Assembly: GCA_001662655.1 (NCBI GenBank) | Contig: KV460226.1 | From: Pseudogymnoascus verrucosus | Lineage: Eukaryota | Direction: 5' to 3' (one strand) | Length of the DNA: 64,000 bases | Shown: piece by piece, positions 1 through 13,800 of the stretch | Position numbering within the stretch: position 1 is the stretch's first letter | Layout: each line of letters begins with the position of its first letter | The notes under the pieces: model-generated | What the model was told of the DNA's origin: nothing | Database searches by the model: none | Seen by the model: only the letters and a program-made list of their open reading frames with translations | Position numbers and translations under genes: made by a program

Positions 1-3000
1 CGGAATCCTCCCCCGCAACGCATTAAAATCATGAAAAACCTCTGGGTGAAGCCACTTCAGAAGGAAGTTCGGCTTCGGATTTGTACCATCCGGAGAGATC
101 CAAGCACTCCAAAAATCAATACTCTGAAAGAACGACGACACTGATCCAGCCCTCGCGGAGAACTTCTCTTGCATGGACGCCGACAGAAAGCGAAAGGCTA
201 CCTTTGAATACCCCTTCGTCCCCTCCACTGCGACTCCACGCGTTCCCAACTCCTCATGCGTCACGGCATTCGGTTCCCCGGGATCGAAATCGGAGTCGTA
301 TTGGGTCTCCAAATCCTCAACAACTATCGGAGCCTCTTCCTCCTCGAGATCATCGTACAGCCCCTGCACCGAAAGGGATCGCGGTAAATTATACAACAGC
401 GGCCCTAGCGCATCGTTCAAAGATATCTGAACCAAAAAGGTAAAGATAGCAAGCATAAGCATCATCAGAAGCGGTCCAAAGGCGGCCTGGATGCCGAAAA
501 GCCCGATGAGACATATCTCGGCGAGATACACACCTGTGAGAATCTGCATCAAGGCATGGGGATACAGCAGCCCACGCGTATCAACTTCCGACGAGTAGAC
601 GTACAGCAGGTTGTAGTGATACACCTTGTGGACGAAGTAGAAACACATGGCGCCGAATGCGAGTATTATAGGGGCAATGCACGAATAGCTTATTACTGCG
701 GGGGTTAGCTTTGAAACAACAACAGACGAAAGACTAACCAATTACACCCATATTGGCAAACAATGGAAAGTCGCTCCCCCAATGGATCGTCTTCAGGCGG
801 TGCCACCTCGTCGACATCATCCTCGGAGTCTTTCCGTTGGCAAACACCGCTCGATGAAGCGAAGGCAGATGCACAACCCTCGTTGCGCTCATAGCCAGGC
901 CTTGCAGAATGAGGTACGAAACATAAAAGTTGGAGGCTTTGGGGAGACTCTCAGACAGGAGATTTTGAACCGACAGCGGGTTCTCGATTATTTTCGTGAG
1001 AGAGGCTGATATGGCCGCGGTGAGGGTCGTAACGAGGAAGACCTGGACGACTTGGAAGATGAAATATGACTTTAGCACAAACAGTTCGATCATGGACAGC
1101 GAAGGCACGCCAGATTGTCTCGCGACAGCTACAAATATTAGAAAAAACTCAATAGCGGAGATGAGACTAACCTCTCAAAATCATCGGCACAGTAGCCATC
1201 AGCAGTGACAAAGCCACTGCGGGAAGAAGGCCAGTGATAAGGCCAAGAATTGGTTTCGGCAATTTGTTGATCCATCTGAGGAAAATAACCTTGTCTGTCA
1301 GGAAATCAATCTTGGATATCAATGCGACTCCTGCTGCTGGAAGGGACCAAAACACCACCATGACTGCGACCACTGCTGTCGCCATGAAATTCCGCACAAT
1401 CCGTTCCCACCACTTCATGCGCAGAGTCGACCAAACGATTTCCTCTGGTCGGATCCCGTTGATGTGCGGCGTCATGTGGAATGGTCGGTGATGTGGCAAT
1501 GTCTGATACGCGCTCTGGGCATTTACGAGGGTATCAAACTCGATAAAGGCAGCAGGCATACGTCTGGCATCCCCATTGCGATGCTTTCGTCGCAATTTAT
1601 ATATCCTAGGCGCCAGCGCTTTCAGCCTGTTCCGCGTCCATTTGATCGTGTCGACTCGGCGCCCATAGTTTGCCAATGGGCGATGGTGTGGTCGCCAGTG
1701 GACGGGTATCCATTGTGCTGCAACGGACCCCCTGACATTAGGAATGCCGCGCTGGATTCCCCATTTCAACTCTGGCCATTCGGCGTTGGGTGTGTCCAGG
1801 TTTGGGGTTTGGCTTTGGGTTATGGTGATGGAGGATGTCTCGTTCTTTGAGTCTTTGGTATTGCTCTTCACCATAGTTGCTTCGTCTGTTGAGGCTGATG
1901 AAGGCGACACAAGAGTTGCTCCGGTGAAATCTGAGGCAGGCGATACTATAGTTGCATCTGTGAAGCCTGAAGGAGACGCCAGAGTTGCATCTGTAAGGCC
2001 TGAAGGAGATGCCAGGGTTGCATCTGTGAGGCTTGAAGGAGACGCAAGAGTCGCATCTGTGAGGCCTGAAGGAGACGTGACACCACCAGGCAAGTTCGAA
2101 GCCGACGCAATGCTTGCTCCACGCGTCAACTTAGGCGACGCACCACTGGTAAATCCTAGAGGCGACGAGGCTCCACCAGCCTCCGAAGTTGCATCCACCG
2201 ATTCCAAAGCCGACGACCCAACAGTCAACTCTGTCGCACCCACCCCTTCCCCTATCACCTCAGGCGACGCCACAGCCCCTCTATCAGCCAACTCAAACCC
2301 CGACGTAGCTCCACCAGCCACGTTCGTAGGCAGCGTGGACACATCCTTCTCCGGACTTTCCTCCCCCTTCGACTCCATCTCACTTGCAGGGGTATTCGCT
2401 TCAATATCAGACTTCCCATTCCTCATCACCTTATTCCGCTCAACATTAGCCAACCTGATCAGTTCAATCTCGGCATCCTCCAGTCGCAATGCAGTTTGAT
2501 TCCTCTCCTTCACCAAATCATCCAGGTCGCCGCTATAAGTCGGTATCCAAACATTTTTAACCGAATCTCCAAAAAGCTTCTTCAACCTCGCCTCATCGCG
2601 AAATTGCTCAGGAACGCAGGTAAACAACACGGTCCTCGAAGAAAGGCGCTTTGCATAGTATGGCGATAAAAGATATGCTTGCCGCAGGTTAATGTAATAC
2701 ACGCATTCCCGAGAAATCATGTACAGGATAAACCCTGCCGAACGTCAGTCACAACCCCACAAACCGTCAAACAACCTACCAAAGAAGATCCACGCCAAAA
2801 ACGCGTGAACAAAGTACCATGACGGCTTCTTGACGTTCCCAAACGTCAATGCATCCAACTGAGACCCGCCTCCACCGCCCAGAATATGCAACGGGAAAAG
2901 AACTGGCCACGTGATGCAGGCCCCAACGATGCAGATCGTGCAGAGGATCCTGAGGAAGCGCAGGAATAAGAATCCATCGATTGACGATTTGTGCAAGACG

Positions 3001-3460
3001 TCTAGATCTGGGGTCTTGAAGAGCGGCTTCAACCAGTTAAACCATCCGGATGGTAGTTTTTTGGGGCGTTCACTGCGGTTTATTAGAACGCGTCTCCATA
3101 TCTGCCATGACACTTACTGAGGCTCTAGACTGCTCAGAATCGACCTCGGGGAATAAACACGAGGGTAGCGTGTTCGGCAGCCCCAGAATATCAGCAAACA
3201 CACAACCGCGTAGACAATAACCGGGACGAGCGTGGCCAACAGCCCCGGAATGGAGGAGGTGTTAGTTCCCTTGGTGGCATTCGATAATGTCCCACCGCTG
3301 GTCGAACCATTCCTCGCTGATCCTACCCTTGGATCACTGTTCTCCTAAAAAGGGGGTTAGCGGTCAGTTTGGCCTCGGCGCAGCCTCGGGGGAGGAGGCT
3401 CACGGGGTCGCGTTTGAGGTTGATGTGCAAAGCAAGAGCATCGACTATTAAAGCCGCCAT
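1..3460 (-). CDS. CSC1/OSCA (DUF221/RSN1-like) calcium-permeable stress-gated channel, 3' end runs off the window
   Basis: Multi-exon. Likely ATG at 3460 (MAALIVDAL...). Motifs RVYSPRS, IDGFLFLRFL, YYINLRQAYLLSP..SSRTVLF, PAAFIEF, RPEEIVWSTL, LPKASNFYVSY and YHYNLLYVY are typical of the family. The last exon stays open to position 1. Confidence 0.92.
1945..2080. repeat. 33-bp coding tandem repeat (about 4 copies; ASPSGLTDATL) inside the CSC1 loop
   Basis: The unit gttgcatctgt(g/a)aggcctgaaggaga(c/t)gc(c/a)ag is repeated, giving repeated SPSGLTDATLA in ORF 1167..2720. Confidence 0.9.
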
Positions 3461-4419
3461 ATTCCAGGGGTATCGCGCATCCTTCAAATGCAAATGCGCT
3501 GATGAACGTTCAACGTCGTGCAAGCCGTTGACATGTTGTTTTCCAATCGCGGCACGTGATGTCGGTTAGAGGATGTGGCATTTACCCCTGCACCCTTGGA
3601 CGGACCCCTGTAAAAAACGGGAAAGTTGGGAGCTGAAGGAAGGCTGAGCTTTCTAGAGATTCGGATTGGCTGCCAGTTTTGCACCGTCGATCTGTTCTAT
3701 CTCGTTGATACGCTTTAATAATCGCTACCACCTTATAATACCATCTTCCTCTTGGAAAATATATCTTTGGATCCCCTGACGCTCCTGCTTCCAGAGCAGC
3801 ACGCTAATGGCGTCTTGCGGGTCTGGATATGAGATCCGGCCCAGTAGGTGGGCCACAGTTTACTTCTTCGAAACATGCCGGCATGATGTGGATATGAGAA
3901 TGTGGACGCCCCCTCTTAGCTGCAGCCGTGGAAGCCATAACTTAAACCGCAAAAATGGTATTATCACGTGAGGTCATTTTACAGAACAATTCGCGTGTCT
4001 CACATTTTCGGTTGAAAGGAGAGATCGATTGGATAGTACAGTATTATCATGTGGTGTGAATAGCGGGGATTAGAAGATCTCCGCACGTTTCAATCACGTG
4101 ACTAGACAACACATATCAACTTACTAATACCCTCACGCTGCTTCGTCAGACGCCGGAGATGGGAATCTAGATTTGAACATCTGTATCACAATACCCCTCC
4201 TGCTTTGTCAGACATGCAGCGAGAGGAAACCTAGATCCTGCACCTGCACATCTCCGGAAATATCTTGCCTTGTATCACATGACTAATATTTGTAAGACTC
4301 GGCCCAACAGGTATCGCCGACGTCATCATCCGCCGTTGCGCGACGTAGCTTGCACCACCATACAACCATCCAGACCATTCAAAGGCCATTTATTACACAT
4401 TTACAATTAGTGCAGGACA

Positions 4420-6046
4420 ATGAGATATATGTATCATGCTGTCCCACGTTCCATCTCACGATCCATAACACTCGTCAACGCTGCAAAATTTAAACCAATT
4501 TATCCGGGGTCTATTTACTATCAGAAGCGGAGTATCACAATGGCAACCTCACGCAAGGTCCAACTTTCCCCAGAAGTTTCGGGGGTCTTTAGTCTATCCA
4601 AGCCGAGCGAAGAGAGTGCTCAAATGGCCAGCCGTCTCTTGCAGGAGAATCATGAGGTAAATATTATCATCCGTTGAGAGGGCAAGGCTGACACGTGAAT
4701 AGAAATATGTATGCCACCCGAAGACTTCACTGTATTAAACTAATATGAAAAGAATCTATTTTTCAATGAAGAAGGCTTCCATAACCACATCGTGCACCAA
4801 GTTCTAACCCTTTACGGTCTTGGAGCCCCTCCCAATGTGATAGAGGCGCATTACAAGTCGAACACGTCGTACCAGATGAAGCCAAAGCCACTAAGAGAAG
4901 AGAATGTGAAAGCTATGAGCGAGCCGGAGGGATTCAAGAAGTTTCTCGGCAATATAAAGTACACGCATGACTATATCGAATTTTTCCATCGGGAACTCGA
5001 GGCCAAGGGCGTAGAGGCGGTCGTTCAAGAGTATTTATTCTCCAGGTCTGAGCTTGCAGAGGATCTGCTCGCCAGATTATACGGCGGTATGTCCATCTCC
5101 ATTCTATACAGATGCCATTGCTCACTTCTCAGGATTCCTCCATCCCCTAATTCATCTCGGCTTTGGTCTTGAATTTAAACAGCCCCTCATTGTCGCCGAG
5201 GCTCTCGCAGAGGCTGCAGTTCACGATATCTGGCTTAAGCCGTTCTTTATTGGTGCCGAAAAGCTAGCCAAAGAGAGCAAAACCTCCAAAAGCCTCTCTC
5301 AACTCGTCGTGGATGTTGATTCCGATGAGAAGTTGAAGGCATCTCCTAAATGGGTATGTTCACCGTCCCCTTTGAAGCGCATACTAACATCACAGGCTGA
5401 CGGCAATAAAATCCGAGACGGGATCCTCAAACGCGCCCCACAAGAGATGATCAACCATGCGTCAAAGTACCACGTGCCACTGGACCAGCTCGCTCAAAAG
5501 ACGGCAGAAATGATGGATGCCACCATTTTCTACACGGCAGCAGCGCAGCACCCGCCGAAGGCGATCAAAATAGACTTCTTCTTTATGCACTGCGTGAATG
5601 CGTCCATCTTCTGGCCGACATTCAACGCCCTCTCCTGGATAAGCGACGAGAACAAATGCCGCTTACTAGAATGGAAAGGACGCCTGGATCTGGTAATGTA
5701 TGTCTCTCGTGGAACGCCGCCTCTGTTGAAGGAGGAAATCGAGGAGTATACTGCAGAAACTGGCAAGGATTTGACTTGGAATCAGTTGGGAGAGAGGCTG
5801 TTCAAGATTAATAACGATGACGGACATGCAGTTAAGCTTCTGAGGGCACTTGGGACTGCAGAGCAGGTGACCAAGGGGTTCGAAGGGGGGAAGGTGCAGA
5901 AGGAGCAGTGGTTGGGAATTGGACGGATGGTGGTTGACAGCGTTGAGGCTGTACAGGGATCCGACCAGAGTCCATGGGCGAGAAGTGTGGGCTTTGATAA
6001 GGCTTGGGATGATGTGAAGGAAAGGCCAGCAAAGTCTAGCCTGTGA
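4420..6046 (+). CDS. HypA/AflY-like oxidoreductase (questin oxidase family, DUF4243)
   Basis: The spliced product reads ENHE-KY-NLFFNEEGFHNHIVH...GFLHPLIHLGFGLEF...IDFFFMHCVNASIF...DDGHAVKL. The start is at 4420 or 4540 (both in frame). Confidence 0.85.
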
Positions 6047-6233
6047 AGATATTCATGAATATATGGATCTACATTTGCCGGTCATTCCACGTAATTACGA
6101 AGGGTGTTCACGCCGGTACAGCTAGGTATGCAAGGAATGAGCATGTTCAGTATATAACTGATGAAAACCATATATTGTCTGATAAAATACTCTTATCATT
6201 GATTCACAACCTTTCCCCCACCCTTGGAACCGT

Positions 6234-7937
6234 CTAGTTAAACAGCTCAACAGCATCAAAGATCTGAAATCATTAGCATTGTACCCCAGCATACGCATGA
6301 CTATACTTACGACATTGGGCTGCAAGTAGGTATCCCCACTGCTGCCAGACGCAACATCAATGGTGATCGTGTTGCTTCCAGATGTGAGTGTCCCGGCAGG
6401 AATCGTCACATCATAAACCTCTCCAAATCCACGGTACGCGCCCCTGGTGACACCACGGCTATCAATCTTCGTGGGAGCTGCTGGTGTCGCTCCTTGCCAG
6501 CTGTTGACCTTTGCTACTGGCCTGGCTCCAGCGAACGACAGAGTCGTTCCAATGCGGAGAGTTGTAGTGCCACTTGGCGCGGAAGAAAGGGTGAACTTGA
6601 TCGTCGCCGGAGTGTTGACCGACTTGAACAGAGCCATTGGGAAGTCGGTGAGGGCGCTGCTGCCAACCGTGTAGGTCAATGGTCCCCAGCTGCTCATGCG
6701 CGAATCGCTAGGGTGCATTCTGAGCTGCTTGTCGGCATTGCGGAATCCCTTTGGCTGTCCATCCCAATCTCCAATCTTCCATAGCGTGTTGCGCGACTGG
6801 CTGGCTCCGGCAATGTTGGATGTGGTAGTTCCTCCGGCAGAAACACTGACAGACTGCGAGGCAAGTTGGAATTCACCCTGGTAGAGCTTCATCGTGTAGC
6901 TTCCCGGCTTCATGGCTGGCGAGGTGAAGGCTCCGCTCGACGAGGCATACACCCAGTATTGAGAGGCCGAGTTGTACCAGTGAACGACGATCTGGAATCC
7001 AGACGCAACTCCGGTAGCCGTACCCTTAACAACACCTCTGCCAGAGTCTGCGACGTAGCCGCTGATGCCAAGGTCGCTGAAGAAGGCAAAGTTGGCATCG
7101 ACAGATGCCGGGATCCCGCTGCGGCTGAACTGAAGCGCGTATGGGCCGTGGAGTCCAGTGCGGTAGGCCTCGGTTTGAACGTGTCCCGAGTTCATGTAGT
7201 TATACAGCGAAGTGTAAGCTCCTCCGTTGTTGGTGTTGATGTCACGGAAGAACGGTCCGCCAGAGCTGGCTTCCTTGCCGGGGGTAGATAGAACCATGCA
7301 TGCGTGGATGGATGCGTCGCTGGCAGTGACGCACTGGACCTTGTCGTCGATGAAGCGCTCGCTGCTGTAGAACTTGCTTCTTGTCTGGCCGTTCACAAGG
7401 TAGACATCAGATCCCTCGATGGCGGTTCCGCCAACAGTGGTAGAGGCAGTGCCGAAGGGATACTCGAGCGGCAGCAGAGCGCTATCGAGACGAGCAATGT
7501 AGCGCAGCTCTCCGATGGCGGGTTGAGCATTGGTGTTGGTTGCCATGTACACGATGCTGTCTCCCGACTTGACGACATAGTAGTGAGTCAGATCGAAATC
7601 AGCGCTCTTCACCACACAGGTGATCTTGGCATATTGGCCTGAAACGTTAGATTACTTAAAAACAAGGGAATGAGCACCAACTGTTAATCGTCGTTGCGGA
7701 CACCGTCGCAGATCCAAGCCCAGATGCAATGTGAGACTTTGTGCTCTGATACTGATACTCAACGCCGCGGTACTTGATCGAGGTGATATCGCAGTTGGTG
7801 CGGCTGACGGTCACAACAAAGGACTCGGCGGAACCGGCGTCTATGGCATAGCTCGCAGTGGACGTCGTGATACCAAAGGCAGCAAACGCTGAAGAGACGC
7901 AGCCCAGCAGGGCGACGGACTGTACAAAAAGATGCAT
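6234..7937 (-). CDS. Secreted rhamnogalacturonan lyase (PL4, RglA-like)
   Basis: Signal peptide [11 protein letters not shown]...AFA. Motifs [60 protein letters not shown] and [11 protein letters not shown]. The last exon is IFDAVELFN*. Confidence 0.93.
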
Positions 7938-8699
7938 CGCGAAGGGTCGGCAATTGCAATTGGCGGTGGTCAAAAAAGATAGCAATTCGGGGAATCGTTT
8001 CCCATTTATAGGATCATCGCGAGATCATCACGGCCGGGCCTGGCTTGCCGCGATAACCTTGGGAGTGCTGGCCCTTTTCGTCACCAGTTAGAAATAGATT
8101 GCCGGCTGTGGGGTATAACCTCCTCGCCAATCTAAACGGCTTTAGTGCCCCCGTCTTAGAAATTGCCTTCCACTCATCGTCCGAACGTTTCAATGCGTTA
8201 TGGGGTCACAAGATGATATATCCTTCCATCTGCTCTCCGTGCGTTCTTGGGAGCAATTTAGTGTCGTTCGCGGTGAGGTTAATCTTGGAATGCAATATGG
8301 AAAGTTTAGAAGGGTTCCCCGCAATGCGGAGAACGCGGGAATTATCCACTAATGGCAGTTTAAGCTTTATAGTTTTGACTGCCAATCCCTGTTGCTTCTA
8401 AACATTCGACCCCAGGAACAGTCGGTCCCTCTTATGGCGACGGATCCATTTGCCCGGTATATTTCTTCGGCATCGGTTCATCGAATACCGATTTCTGTTG
8501 AGCATCAGTTGATCTGCGGTGAAATCTTGAAACATAAGCATTCCGGCATATCATCGGCACTGCCGACCACCCTGCCTATCTTCACAACGCCCCCGAACCC
8601 CAAAAGACACGGATTAACTGGGGTAAATATCGAATATAAGCCTTTTATGACAGCTACATGATTCTAAGTCCTCCTCCATCTGCCCGACATAGTTCAACA

Positions 8700-10808
8700 T
8701 TACCGACTTCCATTATGTCGCCCCTGAATCTTGCCAACCACCTTCTTCACTGCCGACCTCGCACGCTCTACAAAACTAATAGGCACAACAGCACGCTCGA
8801 GCTCGCGATCGTCAACCTGGATCCGCTTGCCCGCCGTCCTCCTCGATGGATCCGTATCGTCAAGCCACCCGATGATGTCATCGATGCCGCGTAGGACCCA
8901 AGGATGACGCTTCACTTCTCGCAACTTGATGCGCTCGGCCGGATCCTTCACCAGCATCCGGCGCAGGAGGTCGAACAGTTCGTCGTCGATATCCTCCATC
9001 ACCAACTCTCCGTCCGCCCTGTAATCACCTTCCTTAATCTTATGGTCCGGGTCTGGGGTTCCGGGGTCAACGGCCTTGAGCCGCCGCCTGGGTATATATA
9101 CATCTTGCTGCGCAATTGCTCTAAACAGCTGGTATTCGTCTTCGGCCAGGAAGGGAATTCTGGCAAATATAAGACAGTAGAGGGTCACGCCCAGCGACCA
9201 GATATCGATCTGGTCGTTGATTCTGGGCTGTGGGGTATCGAGGTCTGTATAGCACAGCTCTGGGGCAAAGAACGCCGGCGTGCCGACTGTCTTTGATAGC
9301 TCAACGTCGTCATCGAACTCAGTCTCATCCGACTCGGAGGCATTCTCTCCTTGCTCGCCATCCCTCGTTGGCCTGCCAAAGAAGGAGACGCCAAAGTCGG
9401 ATATCTTCACCCGGTGCTCTTTTGTCCACAGTAGGTTCGCCGGCTTGATATCGCGGTGAACGATTCCTTCGTAGTGTAGATATTCCAGTCCCAACACCGT
9501 ATCTCGAAAGGTTGACCTCGCTTGATCCATCGTGAAGCACGGGACGTAAGAGAAGTCCTCTTCAAACGAGTCGTTGTGGGTGACATCGTCAACCGACGAC
9601 ATGTGCGAGATGATACTGTCGGCCATGCTCGGCGACCTTGCACGATTCGCGAGCGCATCGTCTCGCAGTGCGAGGGGATTGGCGCTTCCAAACCCTCCCG
9701 TAGCAGACGACAGGGTTGACGGGGTTGACGGCAGGGGGCATGGCTCGTCGTCTTCATTGTCGCTGTCGATCGGCCCAATGTCCAGGTACGTCGGTACCAT
9801 GGTGCGATGCGCGGTAGAGCTCGTACGCGACGGCGTGCAGGACGCTGCACGCGAGGTCGGATTCGAGTTGGGGTTCGAGCGGACGAGCGAGGTGTGCGAC
9901 ACGTGTGACGTGTGCGACTGGAAGGACCGCGGGATGAAGAGCGATTCGTGCGTCGGTACGCGAGAGAGCGGCGTCACATCGCCAAACTCGTCCTCGTCGT
10001 CTCCATGCTCCAAGCTCCAGAAGTCGGCCGAGTGCGTCTGGTTGGCCAGCTTCGCTCGCTGTGCATCCTTGCGGATCCTGCGCCGCTCGAGCATCTTGAA
10101 GAGCCTCTCCTCGTCGCCGCCGTCCTCCTCGCAGCGCAGCTCCCTCTCTATCCGTCTCCTCTCGAACGCGCAGATCTGCGATGTGCCCTTGCGCCTCCAT
10201 TTAATCTCTCCGAGCTCGACATACTCGAGAATCATGTAGATCTTCTTGTAGTCGGGGTCGTCTATCACTTCGTACAGGCCCACGATGTCGGGGTGTCGTA
10301 TCTTCTTGAGGATGGCAATCTCCCTCTTCGTCTTCGTCTCCGGCGAGGAGCTGACACGGGTGAGCCGGCGCTTCTTCGAGTATCGCTGGATGATCTTGAT
10401 GGCGACCTTCTCGTCGGTCTCGATGTTCCTAGCCAGCTTCACCTTGCCGTGCATGCCGCGACCGATCTCTCCGAGGATCTCATACTGGTTGATGAGCTTG
10501 CGCCCGGTGATGTAGTCTTGTTCGATGGCGGCTTTGTGCGTCCTGTGCAAGAGAGAGACGGTTAGCACATGTCAAGGTTTGGTGGATTGTGAAGTGCATG
10601 GGGCGACGACTCACTCTCGAACCTTGTGCATCTGCAATGGGTGCAGGAAGGGGCTACCGGCGGGCGTGCCAGACGACGAGGCCGGGTAGAGACGAGACGG
10701 GGAGCTGCTCTGCGCGGGACTGTAGAGCCCGGGGCTGGACATGGCTGAGGTGGCAGCCATGCCCTGAGTCTTTATGGGGTGGGGATTCATATTCATATTC
10801 ATATTCAT
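8700..10808 (-). CDS. Ser/Thr protein kinase, CAMKK group (Ssp1/Sak1/Tos3-like Snf1-activating kinase)
   Basis: Exon 1 ends SPFLHPLQMHKVRE and splices to THKA...INQYEI. Motifs IGRGMHGKVK, VAIK, HRDIKPANLL, ISDFG and GTPAFFAPE. The long insert within the kinase domain is typical of this group. Confidence 0.9.
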
Positions 10809-13800
10809 CCTGGCTGGTGAAGTTGTTCACTGCTGAAAACCAACATGGTGGTGCGCACATTCAGTGCATAACTCCCGCAGCTGAGTGGTGGTGGTGGTGG
10901 TGGTGGATGTGGGCGGGTGGGAGGAGGCGGAGGCGGTGTATTTGTGAAGGCAGTTCGAGTGTCAGTGTCGAACGAGTATATTGTCGAGTATAAGTTCGAA
11001 GTATTAAATGGTTATTTTGAGGAAATTGTGAGGTTGAGAATGGGACAGCGAGTAGCGGCGGCGGAGTGGGAGAAAAGTTGACGGGATGTGAGTCCGTTGA
11101 GTGGATTTTGGGGATGAGTTGAGTTGAGTGGGTGGCGAGGGGCGAGGGGGGGGTGGGTGGAGGGCGAGGGCGAGGGGCGCGGGTGGATAAGGCAGGCAGG
11201 GCGGGCGGTGAATGGCCAAAAGTGCGGCGGAAGTGGGTAGTTTGGGTAGTTTGGGTTGGCAGAAAAGAGCTGTAGGTGGGAGAGTGACCTGGTGTGAATT
11301 TGAGGTGACGACGATGACGACGGCGGCGACAGGAGCGACGGCGAGGGTGAAATGAGGCCGATGAGGAGGGCGGTGATGGCGAGAGGTATCAAGATGAGGA
11401 TTTCCAATAAATAACCAGTAGAAAGTAGAGTAAAGGTGAGTAGAACAAGACGGGACTGTTCTGTCGAGAGTAGAATAGCAGTAGAATAGCAGTAGAATAG
11501 CACGGATGATCACTAAGATCGGAGATCAGCGATCAGAAATCATTAATCAGTGATTCTGTAAGTACCGTCCAATACAATTTAGTACTTGGAGGTACTTGTA
11601 GCTGTCTCTTTTTTTCTCTCTTTTCTCTCTTTTCTCTCTTGTGGCGTCTCTCGATGGAGTACTGTGCTGCGAAGTACCCGTTCGGTGTGTCGTGCTGAGA
11701 AATACACTGGTTGTTCTGAGAAATACTATGTAGAGTATTCTGCGGATTGTCGGGTATTGTTGGGTGTAGCTTGAAATGGCCCAAACGTGGAGGATTTCTA
11801 TAGTATATAGCATGTGGGATATACCATCGATATATGGAAGCATGTCCACTCCCAAGACTCCCATCTCCCATACCCATCCCTATCCCCTCCCCTCCCCCTT
11901 AAAAGCGGCGAGATCAAGTCGCCGCCGTCCCTACCTTGCCCGCCATCGTCGCCCAATCCATACTCCCTGCTCCATGCTGCCCTATCTGCCATCTGCCCTA
12001 CTCCCGTCCCTTCCCTGCCCCTCGTCCCCAGATCGAACCAATCCACGGCCCACGATAAGGAAAGAAAGATGCTGGGGTTGTCATGCTGCACAGGTACCTG
12101 CTTGACCATGGCTGATGGCTGATGGCCGATGTCTCATCCACCAATCTCCCGTACTCTGCTGTACTGCTGTACTGCTGTACTGTTGTACTTCCTCCCAAAC
12201 AATGCCCGGCATGTTGACATGTTGGCATGTTGGGGCCAGTGAGGGTGATAAGATCGCTGCGAATCCCTAAAGATGGGCGCAGACGGACGTGTCAGCGGCA
12301 TCAGCGGCGTCCTTGGGTCAAGACACGGTGCCAGAGATACATATTCTCACTCCTGAGGCAAAGACATATATGATCCTTGATTTGTTAGGGTGTTGTGCCG
12401 CCAGCAACAATCGAGTATGGAGTATGGGAAGCCCGGCCTTAATATCTGCAAACCCGCCAATATTACCACCCATAGGAGCCAGATCACGGCAAACCCGCCA
12501 ATATTACCATCCACAGCTGCCAGGTCACGGCAAATATCCCGCATCCAAGCTATGGCCTGGGCTGCACTTTCGCCTGGCATCACCGATATGGTAAAGTACA
12601 CACACGTGTGGTGGTGTTGTGGTGGTGTTGTGGCGGCGCCAATATCCCATATTACACAGCATCAGATTGCCCTGTCCTGAGCGACATCTTGACTCTCTCC
12701 CCACCACCTCCCCCTTCCCCCGCACCATGCCCGCTATACCCGCAACAAACCGAACAAACGCCCATCAATCAGCATCCAACACCCCAAACTTCGACAGTGA
12801 CAGTGCCAGAACGTGAGACAGATCTCACCTCGACACGCACTATCGACGCTCGGCACCGTCGGCGGCACGCTTACCTCACCCCCCCAACTAAGCACATCCC
12901 AATCAAAGTCGGACAAACCAAGACAAAACTGCCAGATAAACCAGCCTCTCTCTCCCTACCCAAGTCAGACCTGCCAGCGATCCCGCCGCATAGCGCCCTT
13001 TTCTCCCAGCCGAGAGGCCATGTCAGGCCAAGGAACGGTCCAAGCACCCTCCCCTCCTCCTCCTCCCATGCCTGCGCTGCACGACCCAACTCCGCTTCCC
13101 TTCCCTCCCCTTCCCGTCCGTCGCGCGCGGGGCCGGCGCGGATCCACGACCGATTAAATCCCCTGTGGCCGCCTCAGCCGCGGTCCCCATCCCAAAAATG
13201 TGCGCGACTTTTCGATCGGGTTTTGCGACGGGCGGCCGTGCGCGAGCGAGGCTTCATGCAGAGTACTCGTGCAGGCTCCACTACGACAGGAGACTCTGCT
13301 GGTCGATGAATGCAGACCTCCTGCGCGTCATCCCGCTAGGCCCGGCTGTCCGCTGCGGCGCGAGTGAAGGATGAGCGAGGCATAGACTCATGGGATTGGT
13401 GAGCTGACCCTAGAGAGGAATGCTAACTCGACTCTCCCATGCTCCAACTGTCGCAAGTGCCTCAGGTTGAACCCATCTTCCAAGCCCGAGGAGCCGTCAT
13501 GGTGGCTTAGGCACTGGTGCGCTTTCGGTTGGCTGGGGGTACAGGTGAGCGCCGCTTTTGACGCCTTTCGTGGGAGCAGGGGAGGAAGTCGGAGTCTTTC
13601 TTTTCTTGCCGCAGCTACATAGATAACATGTACACACCAAGTCCGTCCATGTAGGGTACTTGGTATCGTGCTGCTGCTTCACTCCACAGGACGGACTCAG
13701 GACGGGCCGACACCGAGGTTCTGTGCTCGGTGCCGTGTAACCCTCTCCAGCACTGTGTCCCGTTGATGGCGACGAACACATGGTCAGTGCGACTGCACAT

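Noticed and set aside
1744..2499. Long antisense ORFs (also 9574..10239, 20350..21096, 22278..22988, 24940..25644, 54069..54770, 58201..59007)
   Set aside because: They are shadows of real genes on the opposite strand, caused by codon bias.
11004..13374. Numerous Pro/Ser-rich ORFs
   Set aside because: They arise from low-complexity intergenic sequence and show no family motifs.
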